The notes beneath the pieces were generated by a model. It did no database searches. It saw only the letters and a list, made by a program, of their open reading frames with translations, and was not told the DNA's origin. A stretch of 62,978 bases of DNA, the filler included, from Vannella sp. (taxonomy: Eukaryota), in assembly GCA_023345925.1 (NCBI GenBank). It is 9 parts of 9 records of this genome, joined end to end, with 100 filler letters (N's around TTAATTAATTAA, not from the genome) between each part and the next. Parts side by side here need not be neighbours in the genome. Positions count along the whole stretch, not along the records: positions 22,013 to 28,838 come from JAJQQN010000956.1; positions 28,939 to 33,295 come from JAJQQN010001379.1; positions 33,396 to 40,184 come from JAJQQN010001023.1; 6 more parts are not named here. One strand, given 5' to 3'. The translations under genes and the position numbers were made by a program. Shown in pieces: positions 22,013 to 33,742 of the stretch (position 1 is its first letter; each line of letters starts with the position of its first letter).

Positions 22013-25000
22013 TACCACAGTGGAGGAAACAAGCGGCTGCCGCCCCACATCTTCGGCATCGCTGATGCTGCGTACAAGGATATGTTCTACGGCAGTCAGA
22101 ACCAATCCATTCTTATTTCTGGAGAGAGTGGAGCTGGTAAGACTGAGGCTACCAAACAGTGCCTGGCCTTCTTCGCCGAGGTCGCCGGAAGCGAGGACAA
22201 CGTCGAACAGAAGATTATTCAAGCCAATCCCATCCTTGAAGCCTTCGGTAATGCCAAGACTGTGCGTAACAACAACTCCTCTCGCTTCGGAAAGTACATG
22301 GAAATCCACTTCGACAGGAATGGCAAGATCATCGGAGCTCGTACCGAGAACTACCTTCTGGAAAAGTCTCGTGTTGTCTACCAAGCGAATGGAGAGCGTA
22401 ACTTCCACATCTTCTACCAATTGGTACGGGGAAGTCTCAGCGAGAAGTACGGATTGAACCAGCCGTTGGAGTCATTCAGCTACCTCAACCAAAGTGGATG
22501 CTTTGATGCAGAAGACATCGACGATGTCAAGGAGTTTGAGGAAGTGCAGGAGGCCTTTGAGATTATCGGCTTCTCCCATGAAGAGACCGATTGGCTCTTC
22601 CGCACCATGGCTGGTGTCCTCAAGCTAGGCAACTTGGAGTTCATCGCCTCAGGAGAAGCAGGTTCTGCTATGAAGGACAAGTCCTTGGTTGGAGACATCG
22701 CTACTCTGCTCCAAGTGGACCCCAAGAAGTTGGAAGAGTCCGTCCTCTCCCGTTGGTTCGTCATTCGTGGCCAAGAACCCACAAAGATCCCTTTCAAGCC
22801 CAACGAGGCGCGCGATGCTTGCGACGCTCTCGCAAAAGCCATCTACGGAGAGGTCTTCAACTGGCTGGTGCAACGCATCAACAAGAGTGTGGAAGTAAAG
22901 AAGGGAGCCTCTCATCGCTTCATTGGAGTCCTTGACATCTTCGGCTTCGAGATTTTCGAGATCAACTCGTTCGAGCAGCTTTGCATCAACTTTGCGAACG
23001 AGAAGCTCCAACAGCACTTCAACCAGTACACCTTCAAGCTTGAAGAGAAGGTTTACGACTCCGAGAAGATCAAGTACGACCACATTGAGTTCGTGGACAA
23101 CCAGCCCATCCTTGACATGATTGAGAAGAAGCCTGACGGTCTTCTCGTACTTCTGGATGAGGAAATCGTCATGCCTAAGGGCTCTGATGAGACGTGGTGC
23201 CGCAAGGTGTGCCAGAAGCATGGCAAGGGCAACTACCTGGCTGCCAACCGCAAGAAGGACACAGCGTTTACTATCCACCATTACGCTGGCCAGGTGCTCT
23301 ACGACTCGACAGGCTTCCTCACAAAGAACAAGGACACTCTCTACCAAGACTTGTACGACGTACTAGCTGGAAGCTCTCACAAAATGCTTGCGGCCCTCTT
23401 CCCCCCCATGACCGGAGAGGCAGGTCGCAAGAAGATCTCCTTGGGAGGTCAGTTCCGCAAGCAGTTGTCTGACTTGATGGATAAGCTGAACCAAACGGTC
23501 CCTCATTATGTCCGTTGTGTGAAGCCGAACAACTTGAAACAACCCAACATCTTCATGAGCGTCATGTCGCTTGAACAACTGCGCTACGCTGGTGTGTTCG
23601 AAGCCATCTCCATTCGCCAGCAAGGTTTCCCCTTCCGCTACTCCCACAAAGAGTTTGTGCGCCGGTACAAGTGCCTGGCACTCAAGGACGACGGTTGGCG
23701 CCCATTGACGTCGAAGGATGCCAAAGGACAGTGCAAGGAGTTGCTCGATATTACTCGCCAAGACTTCAGCACCGTCCAGATTGGTCGCACTCAGGTTCTA
23801 TACCGCGCTCCTCAGCAACGTGTCCTCGAGCTTTTGCGCAATCTCTCTTTGGAACGCGTGTGCGTCATCTCACAAGGCTGGACAAGAATGACTCTCACTC
23901 AAATGTTCTCACGCCGCCTTCGTGCGGTGCGCCCAGCACTCCAAGAGGCTCTCAAAATCAATCACGATCTCGAGAAGGTTGAGGCGGCACTTGACAATGC
24001 GACCAGCGTGATTGGTGGACTCATCAAAGTGTTCAACTTCCAAATGTATGAGATTACCTTGGCCAAGGAGCTTCGCGTGAAGCTACTCGAGCGAAAGCGT
24101 GTTAGCGAAGTGCTTGCGGAAGTCTTCCCTCTCGATCCTGAAGACCATTTCGATGGTCTCACCGATGCTGTTCGCCAAGGTGATGAAATTGAAGCCTTCC
24201 CCGGAAACGCTCAACAGATTAAGCTGTACAGGGATGCCAAAGCCAAGTTGGAGCTTACCATCAACCGACGTGCCATTCGCGCGGAGTTGCGTGATGCCAC
24301 CTCCAAGGCAGAGAAGGAGCGCCTGTTGGAGGGTATTATCCGAGCCAAGGAGCTTGGCATCGGCAGTTGCTCTGAAGTGGAGTCAGCCAATGCCATGGTT
24401 GAACGCATCGAAAAGGAGGAGGCTGTGATTGCCAAGTTGCAGGATGCCCTTGCCGATGGTGGCATCACCTATTGGTCCCCCACTGCCCAAAGCCAACTCA
24501 ACCTAAAAGGTCTCGATGGCGCTATCTCAGAGGCTACTCGCTTCGGTATGAAGACGGCATTGGGCCTTACGTTGCTGAAGGCAGCCACATCCGTTAAAAA
24601 ACTGCGCCAAATGCTCTCTTCCGCTCCATGGGAAGGCCACAGCAAATGGATGGCCGTTGAGGCTCTGTTTGAGAACGAAGCCGATCTCGAAGACCTCTTA
24701 ACTAACGAAGAATTGGTCTGGGCCCGCGATGAAACAATATACCGCGCCCGTCTTCGAGAGGTGTTTGAGCCACTCAAGGCTGCTGTCGATATCCTCAACG
24801 AGGACGAGATTTCCAGACTCATGAAGACTCTAGAGGCCACTCCCGGTCTCGGTATTGACCAACTTCAGCGTTTGATGGAGAAGGAAACAGAGTTGGCCTC
24901 TACCGCTACTGAGGCGCTTGAGAAAGTCCGCAATGCCAAGAACCTTCTCACCCAAGCCAACGAGACCGAGGATGAGGACAAGCTTATTGCGGCTCTTGCG

Positions 25001-27220
25001 GCCGCCCAGAAGTGCAACATCAGCGATTCCATGGCAGCGCACTTACAAGAGCGCTTCGCTGTGGCTAAGATCCTCTTGGCCCTCAAATTCCACATCGCAG
25101 AGGGTGTTCGAGGTGAAGTCGGCCTCCTTCTTGACGAGGCATTGGCTGGAGCCACTTCCACGACCATGGTAGACGAAGACGGGACGAGTGTGCAAGAGCT
25201 TGGAAAGGAAGCTATCATTGCTGAGCTCAAGACACAAGCCAAGGCGATCACCGACGCATTGGCATACGCCCACACTGTCGAGATTGAGACGGACATGGGC
25301 CAAATGGCCCTCAGAAAGGGAGAAGTCTCCGTCCAGCTTCGCAAATGCCTTTTGGCCCGAGACTGGCCCGCTGTTGAGAAGCTGGTTAACCAAGCTGGGT
25401 CCCTCCAAATGGACGGAGCGGATGTCCGCCTGGCTCGAGACGAGATTCTCGGCCGCGCTGCTGCGGAAGACGTCCTTCAGAAGATTGAAGACGCCATTGC
25501 TGATATCGTCAACCCCTCTGCGGAGGAAGGCCATGACTCTGAAGGTGTCTTACAGACCTGCCTTGCTCAGGCTGAGCGTCTCCAGATGAAGGAGCTTCCT
25601 CAGATCACCCAAGGTCGTGAGTTGTACGATCGCATTGTAGACACTCGCCAAGCACTCCAGGCTTCCTTAGTAGTCACCCAATACGAGAGCCACATTACTC
25701 TCGCCGAAGAGTTTGGTCCTCTTTACGACATCTTGGGGACCAACATTGATGCCCTCGGCAACGCCATCGCCTTGGCAGGCGACTTTGAGTACCGCACGAA
25801 AGAGGTCGAGGATGCTGAGCACCTCTTGTACGAGCTCACGATTCTCCACAACTTGCAGACAGCTTTGCAAACGGGCGGTTACCTGTACGCTGCTTCGCCC
25901 CCCGATGTTCCTGCCGTGTTTGTGGAGGTTGAGCCACTCAGTGAAGCGTACGGACCCACGGATGGGTTCGAGTTGACCACAGAACTGAGCCACTACATCG
26001 TCACCAAAGCGTATCACATTATCTGCATCCGCGGAGCTGTTCAGGTTCTCAGTGCTGAGCACACCCACTTGGAAGAGGCGGTCAAAGAGGCAGCGGATGG
26101 AATCGGATACGACACTCCTGAGCTGCAGTCTGCCCGCGAACTGGTCGCTGTCGTCCAAGACATTCTTGCGCGCATGGCCACCGCCGAAGAGAAGGTCGAG
26201 CAGGAGCTATTGGAAGACGCTGTAGCCACCGCAGAGAAGTACTTCTACGAGAACGAGAATGTAGACCGCGTTAGGAAGCTGCGGGATCGCGTCATTCAAC
26301 TCAACGAAGAGTCCCGCCAGGCGCTCTGGAACTTTGACAAGGAGCGCATGGCGAAGGTGTACGGCGAAGCCAACGATATCCGCTTGGCAACGCAGCATCT
26401 GGACCGCATTGGAGGCTACTTGGACTTCTCTGAGGAGGACTTCCTCAAAATCGAGATTAAGAAGGCCGCTGAGTTGGGCGATGAGCCCCGAAAGATCCGC
26501 TTGTCGATTCGCCTCAAGGAACTCACCCTCAACATGTTCGGCGCCATGCTGGGCGTGCTTCAGTACAAGTCTTTGCGGTCTGGCAAGGACTTTGCCAACC
26601 AAAAGCTGCTCACCACCGACCGCAAGAAGTTAGCGTTGGGAATGATGTGCTGGACCAAAGTGCCTCTTCACACTTCTCTCACGGAGATCGAAGATCCCAT
26701 CCTCCTCAAGGCCGCTCTTCGCTGCCACAAGAACATTATCGGCTTTATGATGGACAAGAAGTACCCTTATCCTGCCACATTGGCTCAGGAGCTCATCCAG
26801 ACCGCCATCGAGTTCCCTGGCATCCGCAGCGAGATCTACTGCCAACTCATCAAGCAGCTGACGGAGCATCCCGTCCCCGCTAACAAGCAACGCGGATACC
26901 ACCTTCTGGCTCTATGCTGCGGCCACTTCCCACCCGGCTCTGACTTTGAGAACTACTTGGAGATGTACTTGCGCAACGTGCCTGAACTCTCTTCAAAGTA
27001 TCTCGCTGCCTTGCGCGATTCCCAATACGGAGATGCGGTCACAACCGCTCCTGCGCCTGAGCAAGTCGACTCGTTCGTGGCCACCTTCTTCAACCCCAGC
27101 CAGCCCACCGGCACCAGCAAGTTCTGCGTCGCTCAAGCCCTCAAAACCGCTTCCTATCCAGACTCCTTCTTCGCCGATGCTGAGAAGCTCTTCCTCGAGA
27201 CCGAAGTCGAGATCAAGTAA
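22013..27220 (+). CDS. Unconventional myosin heavy chain with C-terminal MyTH4 domain (class IV-like), 5'-truncated
   Basis: Motor motifs LPPHIF, GESGAGKTE, LEAFGNAKTVRNNNSSRFGK, DIFGFE and PHYVRCVKPN. One IQ-like segment, a long helical tail and a MyTH4 motif (IRSEIYCQLIKQLT...GYHLLALCCGHFPP). No intron is needed. Confidence 0.93.
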   Translation, partial: YHSGGNKRLPPHIFGIADAAYKDMFYGSQNQSILISGESGAGKTEATKQCLAFFAEVAGSEDNVEQKIIQANPILEAFGNAKTVRNNNSSRFGKYMEIHFDRNGKIIGARTENYLLEKSRVVYQANGERNFHIFYQLVRGSLSEKYGLNQPLESFSYLNQSGCFDAEDIDDVKEFEEVQEAFEIIGFSHEETDWLFRTMAGVLKLGNLEFIASGEAGSAMKDKSLVGDIATLLQVDPKKLEESVLSRWFVIRGQEPTKIPFKPNEARDACDALAKAIYGEVFNWLVQRINKSVEVKKGASHRFIGVLDIFGFEIFEINSFEQLCINFANEKLQQHFNQYTFKLEEKVYDSEKIKYDHIEFVDNQPILDMIEKKPDGLLVLLDEEIVMPKGSDETWCRKVCQKHGKGNYLAANRKKDTAFTIHHYAGQVLYDSTGFLTKNKDTLYQDLYDVLAGSSHKMLAALFPPMTGEAGRKKISLGGQFRKQLSDLMDKLNQTVPHYVRCVKPNNLKQPNIFMSVMSLEQLRYAGVFEAISIRQQGFPFRYSHKEFVRRYKCLALKDDGWRPLTSKDAKGQCKELLDITRQDFSTVQIGRTQVLYRAPQQRVLELLRNLSLERVCVISQGWTRMTLTQMFSRRLRAVRPALQEALKINHDLEKVEAALDNATSVIGGLIKVFNFQMYEITLAKELRVKLLERKRVSEVLAEVFPLDPEDHFDGLTDAVRQGDEIEAFPGNAQQIKLYRDAKAKLELTINRRAIRAELRDATSKAEKERLLEGIIRAKELGIGSCSEVESANAMVERIEKEEAVIAKLQDALADGGITYWSPTAQSQLNLKGLDGAISEATRFGMKTALGLTLLKAATSVKKLRQMLSSAPWEGHSKWMAVEALFENEADLEDLLTNEELVWARDETIYRARLREVFEPLKAAVDILNEDEISRLMKTLEATPGLGIDQLQRLMEKETELASTATEALEKVRNAKNLLTQANETEDEDKLIAALAAAQKCNISDSMAAHLQERFAVAKILLALKFHIAEGVRGEVGLLLDEALAGATSTTMVDEDGTSVQELGKEAIIAELKTQAKAITDALAYAHTVEIETDMGQMALRKGEVSVQLRKCLLARDWPAVEKLVNQAGSLQMDGADVRLARDEILGRAAAEDVLQKIEDAIADIVNPSAEEGHDSEGVLQTCLAQAERLQMKELPQITQGRELYDRIVDTRQALQASLVVTQYESHITLAEEFGPLYDILGTNIDALGNAIALAGDFEYRTKEVEDAEHLLYELTILHNLQTALQTGGYLYAASPPDVPAVFVEVEPLSEAYGPTDGFELTTELSHYIVTKAYHIICIRGAVQVLSAEHTHLEEAVKEAADGIGYDTPELQSARELVAVVQDILARMATAEEKVEQELLEDAVATAEKYFYENENVDRVRKLRDRVIQLNEESRQALWNFDKERMAKVYGEANDIRLATQHLDRIGGYLDFSEEDFLKIEIKKAAELGDEPRKIRLSIRLKELTLNMFGAMLGVLQYKSLRSGKDFANQKLLTTDRKKLALGMMCWTKVPLHTSLTEIEDPILLKAALRCHKNIIGFMMDKKYPYPATLAQELIQTAIEFPGIRSEIYCQLIKQLTEHPVPANKQRGYHLLALCCGHFPPGSDFENYLEMYLRNVPELSSKYLAALRDSQYGDAVTTAPAPEQVDSFVATFFNPSQPTGTSKFCVAQALKTASYPDSFFADAEKLFLETEVEIK

Positions 27221-27394
27221 AGCGAGTTCGTTGGCTCCTCCCAGGAAGCCACCCTCTTCCTTCCCTGCTCTCTTCCTTCCTTCTCTCTTCCCTCCCTCTT
27301 CTCACATAAACCCGTTTGGGCGCCCCCGCTATCTCATGGTATGCAAAGGAACCTTCTTGGGCGGAGCGTTTCCGCTTGTTGCAGCAAGGAGGAC

Positions 27395-28322
27395 TCACAG
27401 GAAGACGGAATGGTTCTCCAAATGCTGGCGGAGGACTGACACTGCTTGGTTGCTATTGTTGAAGAGCTCCGCGCGCCATCCAAACTGGCGGGCGGCGTTG
27501 ATGTTCTCGCTCTTGTCGTCAAAGAAGAGGACTTGGGAGGGCTTCGTGTTTGGACGCACGCTGCAAATGCGCTCCATCGCTGCCTTTCCCCTTGGTCAGC
27601 CACTGCTTGGGCTCTCTGGCCCTGTCAGAACGTTACCTGGAAGATCAAAAAGTCAGGTTTGGCGCAGCGAACCTCCTGGGAGACGATCACGAGTGGTGGG
27701 CAGGTGAAGACTCGATTCAGCTCGCCTTTCTGCACGTACGTGCTGAACCACTCCGTACAATGGTTTGAAACGATGCCGATGTATCTCTTTGATCCACTCT
27801 ACTCACTCTTGTGAGTTCTGGCGGCAGCGGGAACGAGAAAAGGTGAGCCGTACCTCACTGGTGGAGTTGCCGATCATTTGTGCGAGCTGTAGCACCTCCG
27901 GATGGACAAGCATGGACTCACGAACAAGTTGTTGGCACTGCTGAATGTTCTCACGAAGCCCAGCTGCGCCCAAAGCCTTCAGAGAGGACCAAACAAGCCT
28001 TACTTGGGCAGAACTGACCTGCAGCAATCAACACTTCCCAGTACATCGCCTCAGTGAAGGCGGGGTTGCTCTTGATTTCATTCCAAGCCTGACGCACTTG
28101 CGGGAGAGCGTTCGCAGTGGCCACCTTGGCGCGGAGTTGCTGCACTTGGTACTCTTCCAAAGCCTCTCCCTCACCATACGACTCCGCCAGCTTCACAAGC
28201 ATCGGCTCCGGCGTTCCATTAAACTACCCCCATCATCAGACACCCCCCGAACTGCAACACACACTCACCAGAACGCCTCCGCCGTCCATCATCACGAAGA
28301 GCACTTCGTCTTCCTCCTCCAT
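27395..28322 (-). CDS. HAD-superfamily hydrolase, spliced
   Basis: Motif I MDGGGVLF (across an intron), motif II IVSN, motif III AKPDFLIF and motif IV LFFDDKSENINAARQFGW. Confidence 0.8.
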
Positions 28323-28402
28323 CAGCCCACCAAAGAATGAGCCCATTATTCCGTCTCCACTTTCTAATGCCTCTTATTTGAAAGCAGTTTGGAAGGCTCA
28401 GA

Positions 28403-28428
28403 GCGGGAAAAGAAAAAAAGGCGGGAAA
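28403..28428 (-). promoter_or_regulatory. Two E2F-consensus sites (TTTCCCGC) upstream of MCM6
   Basis: GCGGGAAA at 28403-28410 and 28421-28428, within 45 bp of the MCM6 ATG, matching TTTSSCGC. Confidence 0.6.
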
Positions 28429-28445
28429 AGCCATTTGTTGGGAGG

Positions 28446-28838
28446 ATGGAAGGCGTTGTCATCGACCGCGTGGGTGTGGGCATTCAAGAGCGCTTTGTTG
28501 ATTTCCTGTCCACTTATATAGACTATGGGGGCGTGGGGGGTGCTGGGGGCAAGTCGTACTCGCGGCAAGTCGACCAAATGGTGGAGCGCGAGAGCACAAC
28601 GCTCTTTGTGGACTTCCAGCACCTACTGGAGTATGACATAGACCTTGCGGAGCAGATAGAAGACGAGTATTATCGGTTCGTTCACTCTCAAACCCTCCCT
28701 AGGAGCTCCCTAACCGAAAGGCGCTAGGTACGAACCGTTCTTGCGCAAAGGCATCCAGATCTTCGTCAGTAAGCACCATTCAGCGTACGTCAAAGAAGAG
28801 GAGGAGGCAAAAGAGTTCTGGGTGGGCTTCTACAACGT
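28446..28838 (+). CDS. MCM6: DNA replication licensing factor MCM6, N-terminal fragment (3'-truncated)
   Basis: ERFVDFL...ESTTLFVDFQHL...LAEQIEDEYYR|YEPFLRKG...KEFWVGFYN, with intron 28676-28727. Confidence 0.85.
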
Positions 28839-28938
28839 NNNNNNNNNNNNNNNNNNNNNNNNNNNNNNNNNNNNNNNNNNNNTTAATTAATTAANNNNNN
28901 NNNNNNNNNNNNNNNNNNNNNNNNNNNNNNNNNNNNNN

Positions 28939-31900
28939 CGTCTGAAGAGTGACTGTGAGTTTGAGTTCCCTTCCAGCACGCGTAGAACTTACCCGAGAGT
29001 CAAAGATCACCACATCATTGCTTTCTTGACAAATAGCCCAAATGCGTTCGTCCGTGACAACGAGATGATAAATCAGTCCCAAGCCAATCTTGACTCTGGC
29101 TGTACAGCTCAATTTCTTGTGGGGGGTAAGCATAAGACAAGAAAGCTGCTCCAGACTTACAACAGCATCAAAAGCCAGAGCATAATCCAATGCGCCAACC
29201 CAGAGGGTGTCACCATCCAAGTGAAAGCAGCCAACTGTGCTATTCTTCATACTAAACTTCTTCTTGCATTTTAAGGTCTCTGAATGGTACACAGAAATCT
29301 GGCCTTTGACTTCTTCAGGAGAAGAAGAAAAAGCCCAAACTAAGTAGCTTGTTGGATCAGAAGGACCAGAGACCAAGATAAAGTCATTAAACTCTTTGTC
29401 CACCAGCTCTGTCCGATCGGGAACAGGAATCATCTTCATGACTGGCAAGCTCACCCCAATTTTCTCCTTCAAGTTGCCTTTCTGCAAAGCAATGAGTTTT
29501 CCTTCCGAATGTAAGACAAAGGAGTGAACATACCAAGTCCCAAATTGATATTGTGTCATCTGATGAGCACCAGACATGGTCACCCACTCGCTGTATGTCG
29601 TGAATGCGCCCTGAGTGGGATTCATCGATGAGAGTGATGGTGCGTTCACCAATGTGATGGTTAAAGATATGAATAGCTCCGGAAGCATCTCCAAGCCACA
29701 GGAAGGGCAAGACATATTGCATGCAAGATATTTGCATACTCCCCGCCCGGAAGTAGCGAGATAAGCCTGCAGAGATTGTGGTGGAGAGCGGATCTATCTT
29801 GTTCAAAGATAAAGGGCCAGATTGATGCATTGGCCCTGCAAAGGTCTGAGCTCGAACCCCGATAAGAGATTGGCTCATCTTAGGGCCTGGATGCTTGGCA
29901 GGCAAAAAGTTATCCCGCTTCTTAGCTCCAAAACCTGGTAGCTGACGGCGTGTTGCCACCTTTGGCTCCGCTGTTATGTCTGATTCAACTGGCACGCGAC
30001 CGTGAACATTCATCTGTTTTGCTAAATCCACAAGCTGACGCCGACTAGGAGGAGCTACTCCGCCTAACCTTGCAGAGCGTTGCTCAGGAGGAAATAAGAG
30101 ATCGGTCTCTGCTAATATTGTCTCTTCTGAGAGTGGACTAGGTTTGTAAGTGAATTCAACGCGCAGTTGAATCTCGGGAGAGTATCTAGCCGCATCAGAA
30201 AGTGACTGTAAGGTGTACCAGTATTCCGTGGGAACAGTATTCTTGAGAAGGGGTAAAGGTATGAATAATTCAGCCAGGAATGTGTTTCTCGAGAGTGCCC
30301 AGTCATTCTCCCAAATGACTATTCCCAAAGAAGCATTCGGATCTCCCACAAAGAAGTCAAATCCCTCGCCAAACTGTGCTGCATGGAGCTGATCTCCTCC
30401 TGTGGTGTTGGCCTTGGCCAAAACAATCTCTGTTTGAGATCCTAGGGAGACTGAACAACACAAACCACCGTGATAACGAATCTCGTTGGTCTCCAGCAGC
30501 TTCACGTGAAGAGATCCCAAAGATACCTGGGCAGCGAACTGCCCCCGTTGCTGTGTGATGGCAAAGAGTAAGGCATTCATCCAATCATGACATATCCTCA
30601 TGCTACCGGCGCTAATAAGAAAGGGAGCTCGAGAAGTAGATACTTCAAAGCAATAAGGCCATTCTTCATCTGAAACAGGTGAGACACCCTCAATGGAGGA
30701 AAAAGGAATCTCCCCGACACACTTAAGGTCGCGGGGGCTCTTGTAATAAGACAAGCAAGAAGAACGCAGGGTAAACCACCGCCTCTTCCAGTTTCTCACA
30801 GTATGTCCTCTCTTGTACAACCAGCCGCCTTTCACTGAATACACGCCAGAGGTGGGGTCCCCAATGTCACGAGAGATCTTCATGCGACTGATAAGACGCT
30901 CTGAAGAACCACTAAAGCAGATGGAGCCATCGGAGCTGTAAGATGGGGGCCGCTTCATGAAGAGGCTCAATTGGACCTCTTTCTGCTCTGGGCGGAGATT
31001 AAACTCTCTTTCGCCACACGGTTCAAGCTCCAGCTCGAGTAGGAAGGAGTTGGGGAAGCGGGCGTCCTTCTCCGCCTTCTCCAAGTCGCCTTTCTCAAAG
31101 CTGACACGCCCTCCATGGACCATGCCCACGTTGAATACAAGGTGGAACATTGGCTCGCTCGAGTGCATGGGCGTGATGTGATAGAACTGGATGAGAATGT
31201 CTCCTTGCACCATACAGCTCGCCAGGATCGTCCCTCGCTTCGTTGAGAGGTCGAAAGACGTCATTTCTCCGTCAGAACGCTCGCTCGAGTACAGAAGGAA
31301 CTTCTCCCGCTGCAGCTGGTAGATCTCGAAGAAGGGAGTGCATCCTTTCTCCCCTCCTCCAATGGCAAAGCGTGGCATCGGCCCAAAGTGGATCCTACGG
31401 AGGTGCATAGTGTTCATGTGAGGGATGGACTTATCCTGGAGGATTGAGTCGTAGTAATCGATGTACCGCAGCTGAGAAGGGCCTGTGACACCCCAACAGT
31501 TGATGGACCTTCGATAGGAGAAGAAGTTGAGCCCTTGCTCTGCATTGGGGAAGAAGCCACAGTAGGCAAAGAAACAGGCGATGATGACGCCTGTACGACC
31601 CTTCCCTGCAAGGCAGTGGATGACGGCAATGTTTTCGGGGGATCCCGACAACCACTCGTGGATGGAGTGGACGATCTTAAAGAGAAGAGGAAGTGGTGGA
31701 GGGTGGTGGTCAGGGAAGCCACACCAGTTGATCACCTGTCCATTGAACTTGGCACAGTCATAAGGTCGGTTGCTGAGGTTGTAAAGGATGTAGTTCTGAC
31801 CGTGCTTCCTCCGTAACAGCTGGGCGACCTGATCTATGTTATTTCGGTACGTAGCTTCCACGCCTTCTGCCGGGAATGCCATCCCTACAACCCCCCAAAT

Positions 31901-32048
31901 GAGCGCCAGGTCAACCTTCCCACCCCAAAGCCGCACCGACGATCCGATCTGTGATGTATGTGAAGTCCAAGTCGTATCCGTTCAACTGGTAGCGGTTCTT
32001 GTCTGCTGAGACCTTGTGGCGCATGCTATTGAGCACCTTCGAGTTCAT
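28939..32048 (-). CDS. PTEN/tensin-type phosphatase + C2 + PH + C2 + probable beta-propeller, 3'-truncated, spliced
   Basis: VSADKNRYQLNGYDLDFTYITDRIV|GMAFPA, FPDHHPPPL and P-loop HCLAGKGRTG. PH motif KGGWLYKRGHTVRNWKRRWFTLR, C2 motif LGIVIW...FLAEL, and WD-like repeats (VWCSSDDTISIWD). First intron 31885-31936. Confidence 0.85.
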
Positions 32049-32124
32049 CCCCCTCCCCCTCGCGCCAAAACAGAATGCTACGATGACCTGAAGAGCTTTA
32101 GGAGGAGCGCAGTGCCTTTCATTG

Positions 32125-33295
32125 TCAGTTAGGACTGAATTCGAAAGCAGCCAACGTGAACTGCAGGCGTTTGAGGAGGAGCTGGTCTTCCTCATCCCCT
32201 TCATCGTCATCCTCTGCTTGTTGGGAAGACAAGAAGCTTTCGAAAGACTCCTTGACCTTACGTTTGCTATAGTCAGTGGCTTGGAGAGTGGCCAGCTCGG
32301 CGTAGCGGGCGATGAGAAGGAGAAAGAGGGAGTGGCGCCTTCGGTACTCCCTGCGGAGGGAGAAGGTGAAGAAGTACTCGCATAGCTTGCGCAGAGAAGC
32401 TGTCTCTCCTTCCAGGCTAGATAATCCCGCGGGGGGCACTCCTATATGGTCTAACAGTCCGTCTAACAGATCAAAGGTCCCCAAGCAAGGTGGTAAGGCC
32501 TGTCCTTATCAGATCGTTCTTGAGAGTGATCCTTCCTACCTGGAGGAAGCTGACACATTCGCTATCTTCGAGGGTTGTGAACCCCTTGATGGTGTTCATA
32601 AGGGTGAGCCCCTCGTCGCTAGAATCAATGAGGCATTCCGCTTCGAGGACCTGAGAGAGCTGTCAATTGGTCTTCCTTGGAGGAGAGAGAGAGCTTACTA
32701 ATGCTAATAGTCCTGAGAGTGCCCTCACACGATCACTGGCATCCCCATCTCGACGAAGGCATTCCAAGCACGAATGGACCAGTTGCAAGCAGAGGTCTTG
32801 ACAGCGTTGATCTTTCTCCTCAAGAAAGAGGCACTTGATGAGGCTATCCTTTGCGTCTCCTTCTCCTCTAATGTCATTCCCAAGAACGACACTGTAGTAC
32901 TTGACGATCTCGACCGCGTTCTGGGCCTGTTGCTGCACTTCGTTCAGGTTCATAATCTTGGTCTACAAGCTGTACCCACTGTACTCGGTTTCCCCTTTTC
33001 TCCCTCGACAGCTTTGAAGATCTCTCGTAGGAACGTCGCCCTCTCCTTGTGTGGGGAGGCTGGAGACCATACCACAGGGTGAGAGCCAGGCTGTTGAAAC
33101 TAAGCATGGTGAGATACCTTTACGGCACTCTGAAGTGACCTACTTGATAGAGCTGAGAGAGTGTCGAGAAGATCATCGCAGAGAGATCCTTGGTTGGGGA
33201 GTTCAACCAGACCTCGAGAAGTTTCTGGTGGATAGGCCTGTCTTGGGGTGAGTCTGGGGGAACTAGTGTGGACTGTCAGAACCAACCCGCCTGGT
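32125..33295 (-). CDS. Hypothetical helical protein, 5'-truncated, spliced
   Basis: ORF segments 32663-32953 and 32125-32484 can be joined through a middle exon by short GT-AG introns. No family recognised. Confidence 0.5.
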
Positions 33296-33395
33296 NNNNN
33301 NNNNNNNNNNNNNNNNNNNNNNNNNNNNNNNNNNNNNNNTTAATTAATTAANNNNNNNNNNNNNNNNNNNNNNNNNNNNNNNNNNNNNNNNNNNN

Positions 33396-33742
33396 CGTTC
33401 AGGAAAGAAAAAGGGCGAAGACAAAGGCATTTCGAGAGGATTGTTCCAACGAACGAAGCCTTCGTTCGAGCAATCAATTGAACCATATTGTGCCAACTCT
33501 TCCAAGAAGGATGCGGAGGCTGCGGCGAACATGGGAGAATGGATCCCAAACATCAGAATGGAGCTTTTGCCCAAAATGGGAATTTCTGTTTCTTGCGGAA
33601 AGCTCAGAAAGGAATCTTTTTGTTGGCAATTAAGGAATCTTCTCGCTTGCCAGTTAAGAAGTAGAGGCGCAACTTCCTTTTCTTTTGGCCTTCCGACGGG
33701 CTGCTGCACCTTTCTCGTGAGGGGCTGTTGAACTGGGCTCAT
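33396..33742 (-). CDS. Hypothetical protein exon, runs off contig end
   Basis: Open frame preceded by a pyrimidine-rich CAG acceptor. Upstream exons unresolved and no family recognised. Confidence 0.3.

Noticed and set aside
21965..26902. Many long antisense and alternate-frame ORFs over the myosin gene (and similar ones over MCCC1 and the importins)
   Set aside because: Shadow ORFs caused by codon bias of the real gene; they show no recognisable motifs.
32125..32484. Faint resemblance of the hypothetical protein C-terminus to SPIN90/Ldb17-type domains
   Set aside because: Similarity is too weak by eye and the key conserved motif was not seen; left as hypothetical.
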